A DNA stretch of 64,000 nucleotides, taken from Camelus dromedarius (taxonomy: Eukaryota). Position 1 is the first letter of the stretch. The number at the start of each line of letters is the position of its first letter. The stretch lies in the NCBI RefSeq assembly GCF_036321535.1, contig NC_087472.1:103170001-103234000 (forward strand), in the 5' to 3' direction. Position numbers and translations under genes: made by a program. Positions 13,101-27,779 of this stretch are shown one piece after another. The notes beneath the pieces were generated by a model. That model was given only the letters and a program-made list of their open reading frames with translations. It made no database searches and had not been told where the DNA came from.

Positions 13101-15296
13101 GGGTTTTATTTTCTGATTTACTCTAACCTACATTTTTTTATGTGACAAAAATTAGGCTAAATTTCACTAGGTGATACATGAAGTGAAACTGATTTTCTTT
13201 TCATCTTGGGTAACAAGTGCAGGCTTTTATCTTTATTTTATCATATTACCAGTCCCCAAAGTTAGGACTGTCAACGTTTACTGTCTGCACTTTGACATCA
13301 GAGCAAACAGCAGTTTGACGTGGCACCAGTGATTACCCGGGTGGTGGGGAGTACAGGTCAGGCACAGGGCACGGGGCCCAGGGAAACGCCGCTTCTGAAT
13401 TCGCCATCACCTCCTCCTTCAGTCATTCCTTACTGTGCTTCACCCGATCCTAAAAATGGTCAGACATCTGAGGGAGGAGCTGAGCGTATGCCGATGGTAA
13501 AGATGGTGATGACGGTTAAGAGCTGTGGTACTAGAGGTAGCTGCCAATGCTGAGTCCCCACTGTGTGGCAGCCACTAGCTAAGGACTTTCCGCATTATCT
13601 TTTCTGACCCTCAACAACCTGGGGACATTCTTGGTCACAAGTATACACTGGGCCTTCTGCTGGGGTTCCTGGGCTTCTGGAAACAATGAGTATTGTCTTT
13701 ACAGCTAAACAGATGAGGAACCAGGATATCTAAACAGGACATGCTCAGGGGCCCAGGGCAGCAAACACCAAATATTCTCCTGGGTGAAACAGGGAGGGAC
13801 AGTGTAAGCGCCAAAACCAAAATCAAATCGTGACTGTCACCTGTCTGTCTTAGTAACCTGCAAACAAGAACATCTGATGTGGGAAATTAATCGAGGGAAG
13901 CCCCTCTTCCCTAAGCTGCTACCACTTGTTGATTTCGTCAGCACCAAAAGGAGCAAACTATTCTAAAGACATGAGCATATTGGATTTTAGACCCTTAACT
14001 TTCAACTTTCTGTTAAAAAAACCTTTCTGCTAGTAACTAAATAAATATGACTATTTTTTTCCATTCTAAAAGCCTTAGACCGCAAAGTGCCAGTGTTGAG
14101 AAGAAGCCAGTCCGGGTAGGATGTGGGCCTGCTGGTAGGAAGCCACACCCAGCAACCAGAAATTTATTATGACTCAGGCCAGTTCAGTTTAATAAAAACA
14201 CAGTCAATACTGGAGAAAACAAAATAAATTTACAAAAAATATATTTATGAAGCGGTTTCAAGACAATGGATTTAGCTAGATTAGCATTACTAGTAATTCC
14301 TTTTCATGCGCAAATAGGGTCAAAGAGAGGAAACCCAGGGAGGAAAAGCTGAAAACCTAGAATCCTGAAGCAAACCAACATTTGGAAACTGTGTGAATTC
14401 ACTGTGAATGGTGGAACATAAATAAAATAACTAACTACGAAATATACTTAACCGTTTCATTAAACTCATGTCTCCACCAACACACACATTATCCTCCCCT
14501 GTCATCTCAGTGGCTCTGCACCAGGGTTATTTTTCCCCCAGGGTTCACTGAGGGAGGTCTTGAGACATTTAGGGATGCCACGCAACATGCACGGTGCACA
14601 GCACAGCCCCCGACAGCACAGAATGACCCACCCCCGTGGCAGCAGCGCCGCGGTTTCAGGGAAGACCATCTGCTGCCTCACTTGATCTGCTGTAAACACA
14701 GCAGATCACACACTCGGTACGCTGATCAGATGGAAGTCACTCTGCTGCAGTTTGTAATAAGGAATGGAATATTCCAGAGTGTGAAGCTGCTGAACTGCTT
14801 GCGAACAATCACATGCAACTTCCAGAATGTTCAGATTCACAGAAATAATTCGCAGTCTGTGCATCAACCTTAGTTCAAAGACAGTTGCTAACGAGAAACG
14901 ATAAAGAACGGGTTCCAAAGTGTTTGAAACTGGGACATCTCCCTTGGCCTAATTCTGCATGACATCCCTTTAACAAGTTAAAACTGGTCAAGAAAAGGAC
15001 TTTCCAAGCCTTACTGTAGTCATTATTTTGCAGTACGTGTGTATCAAATCATCACGATGTCCACCATAGACTTACACAATGTCATATGTCAGTTATATCT
15101 CAATGAAGCTAGGAAAAGAAAGAGCTTTCCAAGTTTGTTTTAGAAGACAAATAGAGAAATAATGAGTTATTCTCAGTTCTCGAGGCATCTGATCCCAGTC
15201 TGGAATGCCACCGACACCAGCGCTGCCAACACCCAACACACGTGACTGGTGGGAAACAACCAGCCTTCCCCTCTCTCAAGGCAGCCGCGTACTCAC

Positions 15297-15438
15297 AGGC
15301 TCGGTTCCGGGTTTTGTAAGTGCAGGTGTAGAGGCTGCAGGGCCTCACCGGCATGGACCTCGGAATCTGGATCCCTCTCCACAGTGACTTGCATGGGGAG
15401 GCCTGAAGAATGGCCCTCAGGCGGCTCATCATCACCAT
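15297..15438 (-). CDS. CA5B: CA5B first coding exon (exon 2, whole exon ~15297-15491), mitochondrial targeting peptide
   Basis: ATG at 15438 gives MVMMSRLRAILQASPCKSLWRGIQIPRSMPVRPCSLYTCTYKTRNRA, matching the CA5B N-terminus. 142 coding nt; donor |gtgagt at 15296; acceptor ttttgcctctag| next to 15491. Confidence 0.95.
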
Positions 15439-18400
15439 CTTTAGCTTGAAATCCTGACCAGCTCCCAAAGAACTTGCAGGGACCTAATAACCTAGAGGCA
15501 AAAGGAGGACAGAGGAGGAAAAGCCTTAAACAACAGAGGTGGCCGATCAGACATCACTCAGATTATTAGGAGTGGGGCTGGAGGGAAGGCAAATGAGAAT
15601 CAATGACGTATCCACTCTTGTTCTTCACTGGTCACCCCTGGACAGAATGGCTTGCTTCCCCTGCATGCACTTCACGCTCCTGTCTGCACACCAGCCAGGG
15701 GCACTTATTTCTCCCAACTCCCCAAGCTCCCTCCAGCTGGTGCAGATGCTCCTCCCTCCCTGAACCACTCTTCCTTCATCTGTGCCTGGTTAATTCCTAC
15801 CCTGTCTTCAGGCGATCCACTCCAGGGTCATGTACTCAAAGCCCGCCCCACCGTGCACTCACCTGGTGAGCCCAGCACTCTCTTCTTGGTCATGGGGCGT
15901 ATTGCTGTTGAATTAAATAACGGATCATGAACGTACTTGATGCCTCCATCCCCCCAGCATCGAAGCCCCACGGTGGTAGGGACAGTGTCTGTCTGTCATG
16001 GCTGCATCTCTTAGGGACACGGTGCCTGGCATGTGGCTGCTTGATGAGTCTTAGTGGAATGCCCCGAGGAGGCTTCCTTGGTGATGGAGATGTTGATCCT
16101 AATTTTAAGAACCCAGAACTGTGAAGTTACCGCTAGCGTGTTCTCAGACGGTATTAAGGGGTTTTCCCTTCCTGCATGCCACCATCAGTCATTTGTAGGG
16201 CTTTTTATACTTCTGAAACACTTTTAAATGCTAGTCCTGTAAGAAGTGGGTCTCATCTAAGACCTGAAGGACCCCGGAAGTCCTGCATGATCTGAAAGAG
16301 AAACCTACTCGAATATGAACCTAACTTAGCCTCACAGGTTGGGAATTCTGCCAGTGAACATTTTCATTTCAACATTTATCGTCATTTCCTTTGCTCCAGG
16401 ACCCAAAGTTGAACAAGGCATGAATTCTACCTTTCAGATGTACAATTTCTCCTCTTGGGAGTGTCTTGAGATGCGTATCATACCGGAAGGAAAACAGACA
16501 CCAGTCCAGGTCTGAGCAGATTCTGCCTTCCGCCTATTGGAGGCCTCTCGATAGTTTAGCAATGCCAGGGAGAGGACAGGTGCTAAAACGCACAAGAAGA
16601 GAAACGGGGGGCGCGGGGGGGGGGCACTGAAGACACGTCACTTACAAACTTGACTTAATCTCTTCATACCACCTTTCCAAGAAGGGTATTCAATACAAAA
16701 AAGCACATTATGGACACAGTGATGCTGAGCAAGGAGGCACATGTGCTCATTTCATCGTCTCTCTCTTCCTGTTCCTCACTGCTGTTCACTGGCCGTGAAC
16801 TAGCTTTTCTCCCTGTACTGCTGCCCTCGACCCCACTAGCTCTGAGCTGGAGGGAAGAAGGCTACACTCAAGGGAAATGAGAGAAAACCACACCTGAGGT
16901 GTGTCCAATGGAAGCAGGAAGCAGAGTTGCTGTCACTACCCTGCAAGGCACAAGTGAGGGCTCCAGGCAGATCTCTATATAACTGGCTCCCCACGAGGCA
17001 TGTGCCCATATAAGTGTTATAACATGAATCACAGTGTGGTGACAAGCCAGCCTTCCAGCCCAGGGCCGTGTCCTCTGTTGTACCCTTCACTTTGCTGATG
17101 AACACGTGGAACCAAGGGATCAGAAATGAATGGCTTCCACCTGCAAGGGGACTGGTTGGGATAGCGTGAGTCCCAGGGAGCACCACCCCCCCAGGCCTAA
17201 CTCCCTACCTGGCGTCTTTAGGCCAGTGACACCTAAAGTATGTCTGCATTGCCAAAAGGTGTTTGATATTCTCAAACCAAGTTAAAATCACTCTGTTTAT
17301 ACTTTTATGTGTGTGTTTGTATATATACGTCTTTGGAGGGAGTGAGTATGTCAAAATGTACCTTATTTAAGATATGTAAAAGTCTGACAGGGTTTCAAAT
17401 ACAGACTGGGGATACACTTTCAGGGCACTATCTTGATAGTGCCTTGAGCCAAATAAGAGTAGCTCGTTTTCAAGTATCTTCACTAACTCAATTAACAGAG
17501 CAGGCTTAGAGAATAATGGACAGTTGGCCACTTTATTCAGAATCTATTTCTGATTAAAAAAAATATTTTATTTTGGAAAAGTTCAAACTTATAGAAACAG
17601 TGAAAATACTGTAATAAAACCACCTATGTACCTAATACTTCATTTCAACAATTATCTGTTGGTGGCCAAGCAAGTTTTATTTATGCCCCACCCCACCCCA
17701 GATTATTCTGAAGCAAATCCTAGACATCTTAGAAACACATCCATGATTTGATTTTCCATAGGAAAATATCCTCCAAGTTTATAGTTTCTTCTCCATGAAA
17801 ATTATCTGTATGAAATAGCCCCTGGTGATAGTTTACTGACAGAATATGAAAAGTATCAATTTCAAAATTAAAACCATAGCATAAAAGCCCAGTAACTTGA
17901 TAACTTTCTCAGTGCTTACCTATCCCTTAATGTCAACACTTCACTTTTTTCTTGATATCTCCACTCTAATCTTGGATGAGAGCCCAGGTTAAGAACTTTA
18001 TGCTTCTTTCTAACTTATAAGACTATGTCCAGCATGAAACTGTGTAATTTATAATTGCAGGTCAGCAGGTTAAAAGGATTATATGAACTGAAATGCTTAA
18101 GATTAAGGCTTAATGTACACCCGTCAACTTAAGCAAGAAAGAATCCATAACCAGAAGAGCAAGAAGAACAGTTGTTCCGTAACACTGTACAAGAAGTTGA
18201 CTTTTTCTGTGACTTCGGTTGGTGCATGGTCTGAGAAAACTCCCAGAAAATGCTGCTAAGTGTTATGTAAATGAAAGTTGTTAGTACTCAAATTGAGTTT
18301 GCTAACATGCCACCCATGATTTTAGTACAAAAACTAAGAAAATAGAAGTTTAAGATGATTTTTAATGTCATTTTTTCCTTTTAAGACAGAATCATCAAAT

Positions 18401-20269
18401 AATTCCAACTAAATAGGATTCTCTCTGATAAAATCAATTTGTAAAATTTCAAAAATTGCTAAGAGATGTGGGGAAACCTTGCCTGAATTCTGTGCTTCTT
18501 TCAGTCAACTTCCATTCCTGAATTGAAGCAATAATGAGCGATTATCTCATGCAAAGCACTGTGCTGGGTAAAGATGAAAAAGTAGGTTTTCTCCTTATTC
18601 TGTAGCTCGCAGTCTACAAGGATAACCTCTTTAAACAAATACCTTCTCTGTTTTTTTAGTTACATTTTTTGTTGTAGTAAACTATACGTAATATTATCAT
18701 TTTAATCTTTTTGAAGTGTATAATTCAGTGGCATTAAGTATATTCACAATGGTGTGTAACCATCACCACTATCTATACCCAAACTTTATCATCCCCACTA
18801 CAAACTCTGTACACATTAAACAATAACTCCTCACTCCTCCCTACCTTGCAGCCCCCAGTAGCCTCTACTCTACTTTCTGTCTCTATGTATTTGTCTATTC
18901 AAGATATTTCATTTAAGTGAAATTGTATAATATTTTCCCTCTGAGTCTGGCTTATTTCACTTAGCATAATTAAACCAATACTTCTTAACCAAAGCCGGAT
19001 GTGATGACAGCCCTGACTTAATTCAGTGAGAACATAGAGGGCAGAGGCTATAAGTTTCAGGAGGGGGTGGGCATCTGAACCATGTGTCATAGGGGAGAGT
19101 TTAACAGGAAGGGCAAAGGCAGAGAGATGGACAAGGATAATGTCAGGGATGATGAGGACATTTGGGGGACAGGGATGCTTAGGAGCCAAGGCCAGAGGAG
19201 ACAGTGAGGTTGAAATGGGAACAGCCTTGGGTTTGTTCAGTATTCAATCCCAGTGTCAGGGGGAGGTGGGCAAACATGTGGGAAAGGCCTCCTTTCTTGC
19301 TTACAGTCTAGATAGAAAAAGGGGCTTAGTAAATCCCTGGGAGGCAATGGTAATTACAAGGTACACTCAACAGAAGAGACATGCTGATTTGTCCTTCGAA
19401 GCGAAGGTTGTGATAAGACAATGCCAAAGGCATGCTTGATGTCTGAGGGAGTTGTACGGAAAAGCAGGCACGCATTTGGCTCTGTACAAGGCACTGTGTG
19501 GGGTCTGCGGCCTGTTAGCATGGCGACCAGAGAAGTCTGGGTAACTGATCCTTGGTCTAGCTCCACAGAGCCATCGGGAAAGCACTGAGGCAAGGCTGAG
19601 CCGATGCTGCAGGCTGGGGCTGACTGCCAGGGCCATGGCCATGCTCTGGGGACTGCCCTGCACTCTGCAGTCATGCTGTCTTGGCACAACACTGAGGCCA
19701 ATGACACCTGGCCCAGAGGAAGCATCTCCTGCCCACTTCCAGACTGGCTCTCTAGGGCTTGGTGGACATGAGAGTGCCAGAGGACCTGACACCCCCCTCA
19801 CTCTTGGTCATCTTCCACCATGCCCACCCAGTGGCGGGCAGCATGTAGTGGCTTGGGGATCTGAACCTCTGTCTCCTGAGAATGCTGCTGATCTCACTGC
19901 AGGGAGACACTGACTCTGAAGATTACCTTTTATGTTTTTAGACAAAAACAACAAAACCCAAAATCCTGTGTTCTGTAACAAAGCTAAATGTATCTGAACT
20001 TTCCACCATCCCAAGTCTGCTATAAATATTTTTTGAGATGTTAGCCAAGCAGACGGTCAGGGGACACAGTGTAAGGTAGGGCTGGATGGGGATTTGAGAT
20101 TAACTTGGGGTATATGAATTTCCAAGGGACTAGAAGACTTTCAGATGTTATTCCATGTGTATAGAATGAAGTACTGATGGTGTCTGATGACTGTCAGCAC
20201 AGCACAGGATGGGCAGGAGTGGACCAAGTGTGGAGCCAGGAAAGTCAGTGAGGACGCGATTCTTTTAAC

Positions 20270-21500
20270 CACCCTTCATTCAGTCAATCGCTCTTTTATT
20301 CTTCCCTTCATCAGGACATCAATCAAATATCTATTAAATGGTCACACTGTTCTAGGCTCATCAGAGGAATAAAACAAAGTCCCCACCCTTGTAGATTTAC
20401 GTTCTAGTTGGGGAGACAGACAGTAAACAGCAGTGTAATACTTAAGTCAGTTGTAGACAAACTAAAATATATTCTGTGAAAAGTAGAGCAGGGTAAGGTG
20501 AATTTGGAGTTCCACAGGGAAGGGGGTGTTGCATTTTTAAATAAATTGCTCAGGAGAGGCCTTATTGAGAAGGTGAAATTTGAGCAATGGATTGAAGGAG
20601 GTAAAGGAATTAGTTATATGGCTCTCAGGAGGAAGGGTATTACAGGCAGAGGGAAATGCCTGTGCAGAGACCCTGAGGTGGGAGCTTGTCTGGCACATTC
20701 AGGGGACAGAAAGGAGGCCAATATGGCTGAGTGGAGTGAGCTAGAAGTAGGAGACGAGGTCCAGAGGTAATCGATGCCAAAGCAAGCAGACTTCTAGGCC
20801 ACTGTAAAGGTCCCCCATTGTGGGGACACAATGGAGTTTTTTGGAGCAGAGGAGGGACATAATCTGATTTACATTTTTAAAAGACCATTCAGGGCGCCCT
20901 ACTGGAAGCTGACCAGGATGGAATAAAGAAATAGGGAGCCCATTCAGGACAATCCAGGGGCTGGAACTTCCTAGTCACAGTGGAGGTGGTGAGAGGTGGT
21001 TGAGTACTGAATATATCTTGGAGATACAGCCCATAAGATGTGAAAGAAAGGACTGGAGGATGACTGGAAGATTCTTGGCTTAAACAACTGGAAGGATGGA
21101 GCTGCCATGAACTGAGATGGGGAAGGCTGTGTGTGGAAAGGTTTTGAGTGGGAAATCAGTGGCTCAGATTTGGGCATGTGGAGTTTGAAATGAAATTCCA
21201 ATAATCCAAGTGAGAGAATATGGTAGAATATTCTATTTTGTGGTAGAAAGAGGATGACTTCTTCAATAAAGAAACAGAACCCTGCACGGGGAGCAGGTGG
21301 GGAAGGGAGGATGGCACTCTTACTGCTAATCCTATTGGATTTGAAGTACCAAGGGGGCAGGCGAGAGGAAAGGTCTAGGAGAGTTGGCAATGCAGCTCTG
21401 GTGCTCAGGAGAGGTCGTGAGTCTAGAGAGAAGGAAAATCCCCTCCCCCAGGAGTAAGAGGTGTATAGAGGGAGACTACCATGGAGTGATGAAGGAGGCC
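20270..21500 (-). mobile_element. Degenerate L2 fragments
   Basis: Purine-rich L2-like motifs (ggagcagaggagggacataatctgatttacattt, gccatgaactgagatgggga); boundaries approximate. Confidence 0.6.
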
Positions 21501-23671
21501 AAGAGACGGAGAAGGAATAGTGAAAGGCAATCATGGGAGGAACGGAGCACGAAAGGTCAGGGGCAAGGAGGGTTTCAGGGAAATCCTAATAGAAAGAAAC
21601 AGAATTTAACTAATACTAGGCTGCAACACATGAGCTTATTTATGCTCAAGCCAAAGGTGAACCCCCTTTTACATTAAAAGTTAGAATTTATTGAAAGATG
21701 GTTATTTAAACTTACCCATGGATATTATAAAGCCCAAGCTAGTGAAATCACAAATGTTTAATTATCAAACATAATACGTAACAATGAACCACTAGGATAC
21801 ATTACTGGATGTAATTACTGTCCTTAAGTTTGTTCTTAAAGATGGGACCATAGGCTGGATGGGCCCCAGAAGAGCTAAGTTTCCTGTACCTTATGCCTTT
21901 GCTGTCACTAATTATTAATGTATGTCCTTGGATCTTAATAATTCATCCCTTATCTGCTGTTTTGCAGACTTTGAAATGTGTGAGGAAAAAATGATTCTGA
22001 AAGCCTTTAAAGAATCATTCATAAATCATGTATTTCCTAAATGACAGTCGTTTGAACTCTGCTTGATTAAGCCATATATATGTATGTAAAAGACAGCAAA
22101 AAAAAAAAAAAGTGTACTCTGACTAAAGATTACAATTAAACTGGAAAAACAAATTCCTTGATTCTCATCAAATTGACTTCCTTTACTCACCTCCCAATTT
22201 CCAAAAGAAGCAAGCCTTTTGCAATTCCTTGAATTGGAAATTTGAGATTATGTTGCCATGTCTTGACTGAGAAAGCTGAGTTTCTTCCTCTCACCCACTT
22301 CTCTGAGAGCAGGATCCCAATCTGGGGTTGCCAAAGGTTTTAAAATATGTTTCTAGTAACTGCTTTGTGTGCTGCAACTAACTGCCCCAGTGCGACCAGT
22401 GAGATGAAATACATTTCCCTCCTTCCATCAGATTTCCAGAATATTCCTATTCACTCAATCTTACTGTGTTCTGTGAGTGCTCACAGCCTATTACCTGGTT
22501 CCAGGGACAGCAGGGCAGGTGTGTACAGGGCAGAGAGAATGATGCCCTGCTGCTCTTGGCCTTTTGGTGAATTTCAGTTCTGGTACTACATAAAAATTGA
22601 GTAAAGGAGGAATGCCCTAGTAAGCTGAGAGGTTTTCCATTCCCAACATATGCGAGAACAGTGACCATTCTGAGGGATGTGCAGGGGCAGATGAGGGGTA
22701 AGGTCTGGGGCAGCTTCCCTCGTCAGAGAAATCTGGCTACTCCTTTCCATATCCCAGCAAGGTGTTTAATAGAGTGGAGATGGCCAGATTACCAGTAAAG
22801 GAAGAAGGGGAAGCAGAAAGCAATGTGGTTTTCAGTGGCTGGATGAGAACAAGTTCTATCTAAATTAAGGTATACACATTAAATTCTTGTATTTCTCAAA
22901 CATTCCCAGTGAATATATGCAGGAGGGGAGGGCACTTACATTAATATTAACAAATTGCCACCAACCTCAAGACGTATCTTTTAACATCAAATGCCACAAA
23001 AACTCACAGACATCAACAATGTTTGTAATTTAGAAATTCTCCTCCAGTGCTGGGGTGGGGCACAAAACAAAAAGGCAAGAGGGAACTGCGGAATGGAGAA
23101 GGCTCATACTTGTCCACGTGACACAGCTGTGCTGCAGATCCCCTGCCCTGGGGGTGGTTGTAACTCGTCCTCAGACCCAGGCGTATTGTGGGGTGGGAGG
23201 TGGGGGGAAGAAATACAATGCAGAACCCAAATCAGTCCCAGCTTGCCGCGCATCGGTTTCAGGAACTGCAGTCTCAGATTTGTAGCCCTTACTCCAGTCT
23301 CCAGCTATTTTACAACAGGTTGGAGTTTCTTGAGTTATTCACATCTAACCACCCCTGACAACACTCCCTCCTAAGGAATGGCCCTCAGCTTGTGGCCCGA
23401 CAAATTCCCTGAGACAGCTGTTTTCCTGTCGAGTGCAAATAATCCTAAAGAAGGTGCAGCCATCTGGTTGGTGACTGGGCAGTTGTAGGGGGAGAGGGAG
23501 TGATGCCCTGCTGGCCTCCGCAGTCCCCAGCAATTACTCGCAGGACCAAAAGCTGTCAGGGATCCAAGACACGGCGTGGTGGACGGAGGGCGGTGTGAGG
23601 AGGGTCCCAGCCCTCCCCGAGTTGTCGTGTCCCCATTATAGCCCCTACTGCTCTCAGCTGTCCGTCCTTAC

Positions 23672-23790
23672 CTGAGCGCTTCTGCAGAGCACGAACCTTG
23701 TTGCAGCTTGTTCCAGTACCGGACCGGTGCCTTGAGCGCTTGGACATCATAGCCACGCCCCACAGCCCAGACCACATTCCTACCGCCTCT
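23672..23790 (-). other. CA5B: Probable non-coding exon 1 of CA5B (5' end approximate)
   Basis: Strong donor CAG|gtaagg at 23672/23671 within a CpG-rich segment, immediately downstream of a GC-box cluster. Confidence 0.65.
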
Positions 23791-24060
23791 AGGCCACACC
23801 TCACATGGAGTAGCCACGCCCCTCCAGGCCTATAATCCCTGCCGTTTGGTCTGGCCACGCCCCTCAGGCCAAAGCCATGCCCTCATCACCCGGGCCACGC
23901 CTCCAAGTTCCGCCTGCACCCTCCCCTCCACCTTGGTTCCACCCCTCAGTTCCGCTCTGGCCCCGCCCCAGCCCCGCCCCTCCAGCCAAGCCCCGGGCTC
24001 CCCAGTCTCAGGCTTGACTTAGTCTTGGGAATTCGAGGTTGCATGGGCGGGCCGTCCCAC
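23750..24060 (-). promoter_or_regulatory. CA5B promoter: clustered Sp/KLF GC and GT boxes
   Basis: Repeated (a/g)gccacgccc at ~23751, 23812, 23853 and 23893, and ccccgcccc at ~23961 and 23972; locally CpG-rich. Confidence 0.75.
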
Positions 24061-24983
24061 CCCTGTCTCTAGAGAAACCCTCTCAGGCCCTGGGAACTGA
24101 GGTCTGGCGACATTTTATCTGGTGAAATCAGACCGCAGGCTTAAGAGCCTCGTCTAAAAAATTACTTTCCTCAGATTTCTCCCATTTCCAAACATGGAGA
24201 GTAGATATACTGGGAGCAGATGGCTCAGTAGGGAAAAGCAAACACTGGCAGCGTCTTGCAACCGTGTTCCTTCCCACTAGTTTTCATGTCCACTTTACCC
24301 GAGTTTCTTGGACCCAGTTTTCGTGTCCTCCGAACTAGAAATATGGAACCGTGTTTTTTCCAGCCAATTTTCACATCCTCTAAACCAGAACCGTGGACCC
24401 GTGTTCCTTCTGGTCCCTAATGGGATGTTAAGTGCTAGGCAGAGGAATGGCGTAAACAGAACTCCCGTATTTCCTGATGTCTCCAACTGATGTCCTTTCA
24501 TAGGTACCCAGTGAGCTCTTGCTGCCTAGGGCCTGTCGAGACAGTACCACACTTAAACTGAAACTCTGGTTGCTGCCCTGAGTGTGCTGAGATTATTCTG
24601 CTAGACTTATTCTCTCCATTTGCGACACTGGGTCCACAAGGAAAATGTGTAGAGGTTACAAACAGCTTTTCTACCCCTGTACAGAAATCTCTGATTCATT
24701 CATTCAAATCATATTTATTGAGGGACCTCAGTTCCCAGGCCCTGACAAATAAGCCTTAAGGAGTTTACAGTCTGAAGTTGTCCCAGCTTGAGTTTGGACG
24801 TGACAAGAAATGATGAGAAAGAGAAAGATATGGCAAGGGGTTTATAGGTAGAAAGGATTTGATAATCACTGGTCTTCTTGATTTGATTAGTAGGAATATT
24901 TTGGGATAGCACACATAGGAAGCCACTTTTATAGGATGTCGTACACTTCTTTACACAGTAAGTTCTCAGTAGATCTTCATGGA

Positions 24984-25008
24984 GTGCTCGCTTTGGCAGC
25001 ACATATAA

Positions 25009-25040
<32 letters not shown>

Positions 25041-25088
25041 GGCCCCTGCAAGGATGACACACAAATTTGTGAAGCGTTCCATATTTTT
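24984..25088 (+). pseudogene. RNU6: Full-length U6 snRNA retropseudogene
   Basis: gtgctcgctttggcagcacata...gatacagagaagattagcatggcccctg...gaagcgttccatattttt; about five changes versus U6, mostly at CpG sites; fused to an L1 tail. Confidence 0.95.
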
Positions 25089-25310
25089 GTTTGAGATTTG
25101 CAAATGATAACCACTATATATAAAAATAGAGAAAAAATAAATTTCTTCTGTATAGCACAGGGAACTATATTCAGTATCTTGTAATAACTTTTAATGAAAA
25201 AGTATGAAAATGAATATATGTATATATATGTATGACTGGGGCATTATGCTGTACATCAGAAATTGACACATTGTAACACATTGACTATACTTCAATAAAA
25301 ATAAATAAAT
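25089..25310 (+). mobile_element. L1 3' terminus fused to U6
   Basis: tgtatagcacagggaactatattc...gaaattgacacattgtaa...gactatacttcaataaaa; same tail as other L1 ends in the window. Confidence 0.85.
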
Positions 25311-27779
25311 CTTAAAGGAATAGTTACCTTTTTTGCATGCGTAGAAAGGTAATATTTCCCTTTTGTAGCAGTAAGATTTGCTGCTTCTGTTTCTTCATGT
25401 GGCAACAGTAAAGATTTTATGATAGCATATTTAGTTACTTTTTCCTTCTCTTCCCACCCTCCATTCTATTTCTGGCTTGAAGATAGTGGGAATAGTCAAA
25501 ATGTTGCACTAGAAGGAACACAGAGAAAAGAACAAGTTTCAACAGAATACTTTTAAGCTCACCCTGACCCTGAGAACCCTGCCTCATTTATAAAATGTTT
25601 CAACTGTCAGTCATTTTTGCATGAAAAATTAACTCATATAGATAAACAATGTTTCTTCTGCACAGGGAACTATATTCAATATCTTGTAGTAACCTATAAT
25701 TTTATAAAGAATTTGAAAAGGAATATACGTGTATATATGACTGCAATATTATGCTGTACACCAGAAATTGACACAACATTGTAAACTGACTATACTTCAA
25801 TTTAAAAAAATCAAAAGACAAAAACAAAACTCACAGACATTGGTCCAAATACCACCTTTATAAATTAGTGAGTTGATTTTTATATAGTTAGTTCTACCTC
25901 ACCTTCCACAAATGATTTGAAGCAGATTACTAAAATATAGACATTACTGGATAAAAGAAATAGTTGAAGGAGCCAGAGAAAGGGGAACATAATGGAAGAA
26001 TAATGCAGCCAATGATGAGTCAGCATTTAACTGTCCCAGCCATCAGATCAAAGCAGTTGTTTAAGGTGGGCCAGAGATTTGCCCCCAAGCTTATGAACGG
26101 CAAGAGAAAAGAGGAAATAGCAATCGTTTAAGGTCTTCCAGTGTTCATAAGATAAAAATCAACCTTCTGTTTTGTTTTTTAGAAACAGTTTTTCTTGAAT
26201 TTTAGTCCTAGAAGAAATCCTGTTTCTTCATATAGATGCTGTAGTGACCTAAGTGGGAAATAGTGTCATAAGGAGTTAAACACAGGTCCCCTCAATGTAA
26301 ACTGTTGATGCAGTCACAAAGCACAGTACATTAAATCACTCCTATGAACCATCAAAACTTTTCTGTTCATCCAAGTACACAGGGCCCTCAATGGTCTGGC
26401 TTAATACAGGGTAGCATTTTGATAATCTTTCCCCAGGATGGCAAATAGGTTTCAACTCGTATGTCAACTTTGAACTATTTGTAATGACTGCTTGAATAAC
26501 AATGTTGACTTTTGTGACTTTGTACAGGCTCAGAAGGAAACAGTTCTGTGACTAGCATGGGTGCAGAATGGGTGAGTGGCTGCATGCAAAACGCTGTTTG
26601 ATTTGTAGAAATAGAGGTCTCGTATCCAGGGTTTTTGTGTAGTCACTCCAAATCAAGAATTCTCATTAGAGGGCTTTTGATAAATATCTGTCAGTAGAGA
26701 GTTCAAGGTCTCTCACTCTGTCCACACATGCTGGTCTTCCCCAGTCTGCTCCTATCTCAGAGCATTTTCCTTTGCTGTTCCCATTGTTTGGACCATTCTT
26801 TGCCTAGATTTACATGGCTAGGTTTTTCTCATCATTCAGTTCTCAGCTAAAGTGTCATCTCTTTAGGAAGTCTTTCTTAATAACCATATCTGAAGTTGTG
26901 TCTAGAGCCTCTCAATCTATACTCAGCATAGGGATCACCTGGAGATCATGTTACAATGCAGATTCTGACTCAGTGGTTCTGAGATACGACCTGAGATTCT
27001 GCATTTCCAGCAGTCTCCCAGGAGATGTAAACTTGATGTTTCACAAAAGACACTTTGAATAGCAACCTCACTTCTCAGTCTCTATCACATTATCTGTTGC
27101 ATTTTCTTCATGTTGTATCTCCCAATTTGAAATTATTTCTTTATCTGTTTGTATATTGGATTGTTTGTTGGTTGATTGTTTACTAGAATGTAAATTCCAT
27201 GAGAGCAGAGACTGACCAGTTCATTCAACTTTGTATTCCCAGCACTTAATACAGTACCTGGCACATTGGTGGATGCTCCATAAATATTGCTGAATGAATG
27301 ATGTTGTTCAGGATTAATTGATTCCTTTATCTCTTCAGTGCTGCTCATTTATACACCAAGAACTAGAACAGGCAGTCCATGAACTGCTAGTTACTGATCC
27401 AAGCTGAGATAAGAAGCTTGAACTAGAATGTAAATCTGATATGTCACTAAGCACATTGTTTAGTTAGGATGACTTTTTTTTTTTTTTCATAGCAAGGCTG
27501 TCTTGATGAAGGAAGCAATGGGTTGTTTTCCGTTCTTGGGCAAGATTCTCTTCTAATCCTAGACTGCTAACAGGGTGAGAACAGGCACCTGCTAATGGGA
27601 CACATTTTCAGTAGCACTGATATAGAGAATAGAAATATATAGTATATTATATAATACTTACATATTTATATTTTTTCCATCTTCAGAAAACTCATAGGCA
27701 GGTAGAAATATACATTTAAATATAAAACTACAAGATTTTTAGTCACTTGCTATAATAAATAATTGTGTAAGATAACAGA

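Noticed and set aside
19354..19913. Cluster of 90-144 aa ORFs in CA5B intron 1
   Set aside because: No recognisable homology or consistent splice signals; likely chance ORFs in moderately GC-rich DNA.
24984..25088. Functional U6 gene
   Set aside because: CpG decay, a 2-nt deletion, L1 fusion, and no convincing PSE/TATA arrangement.
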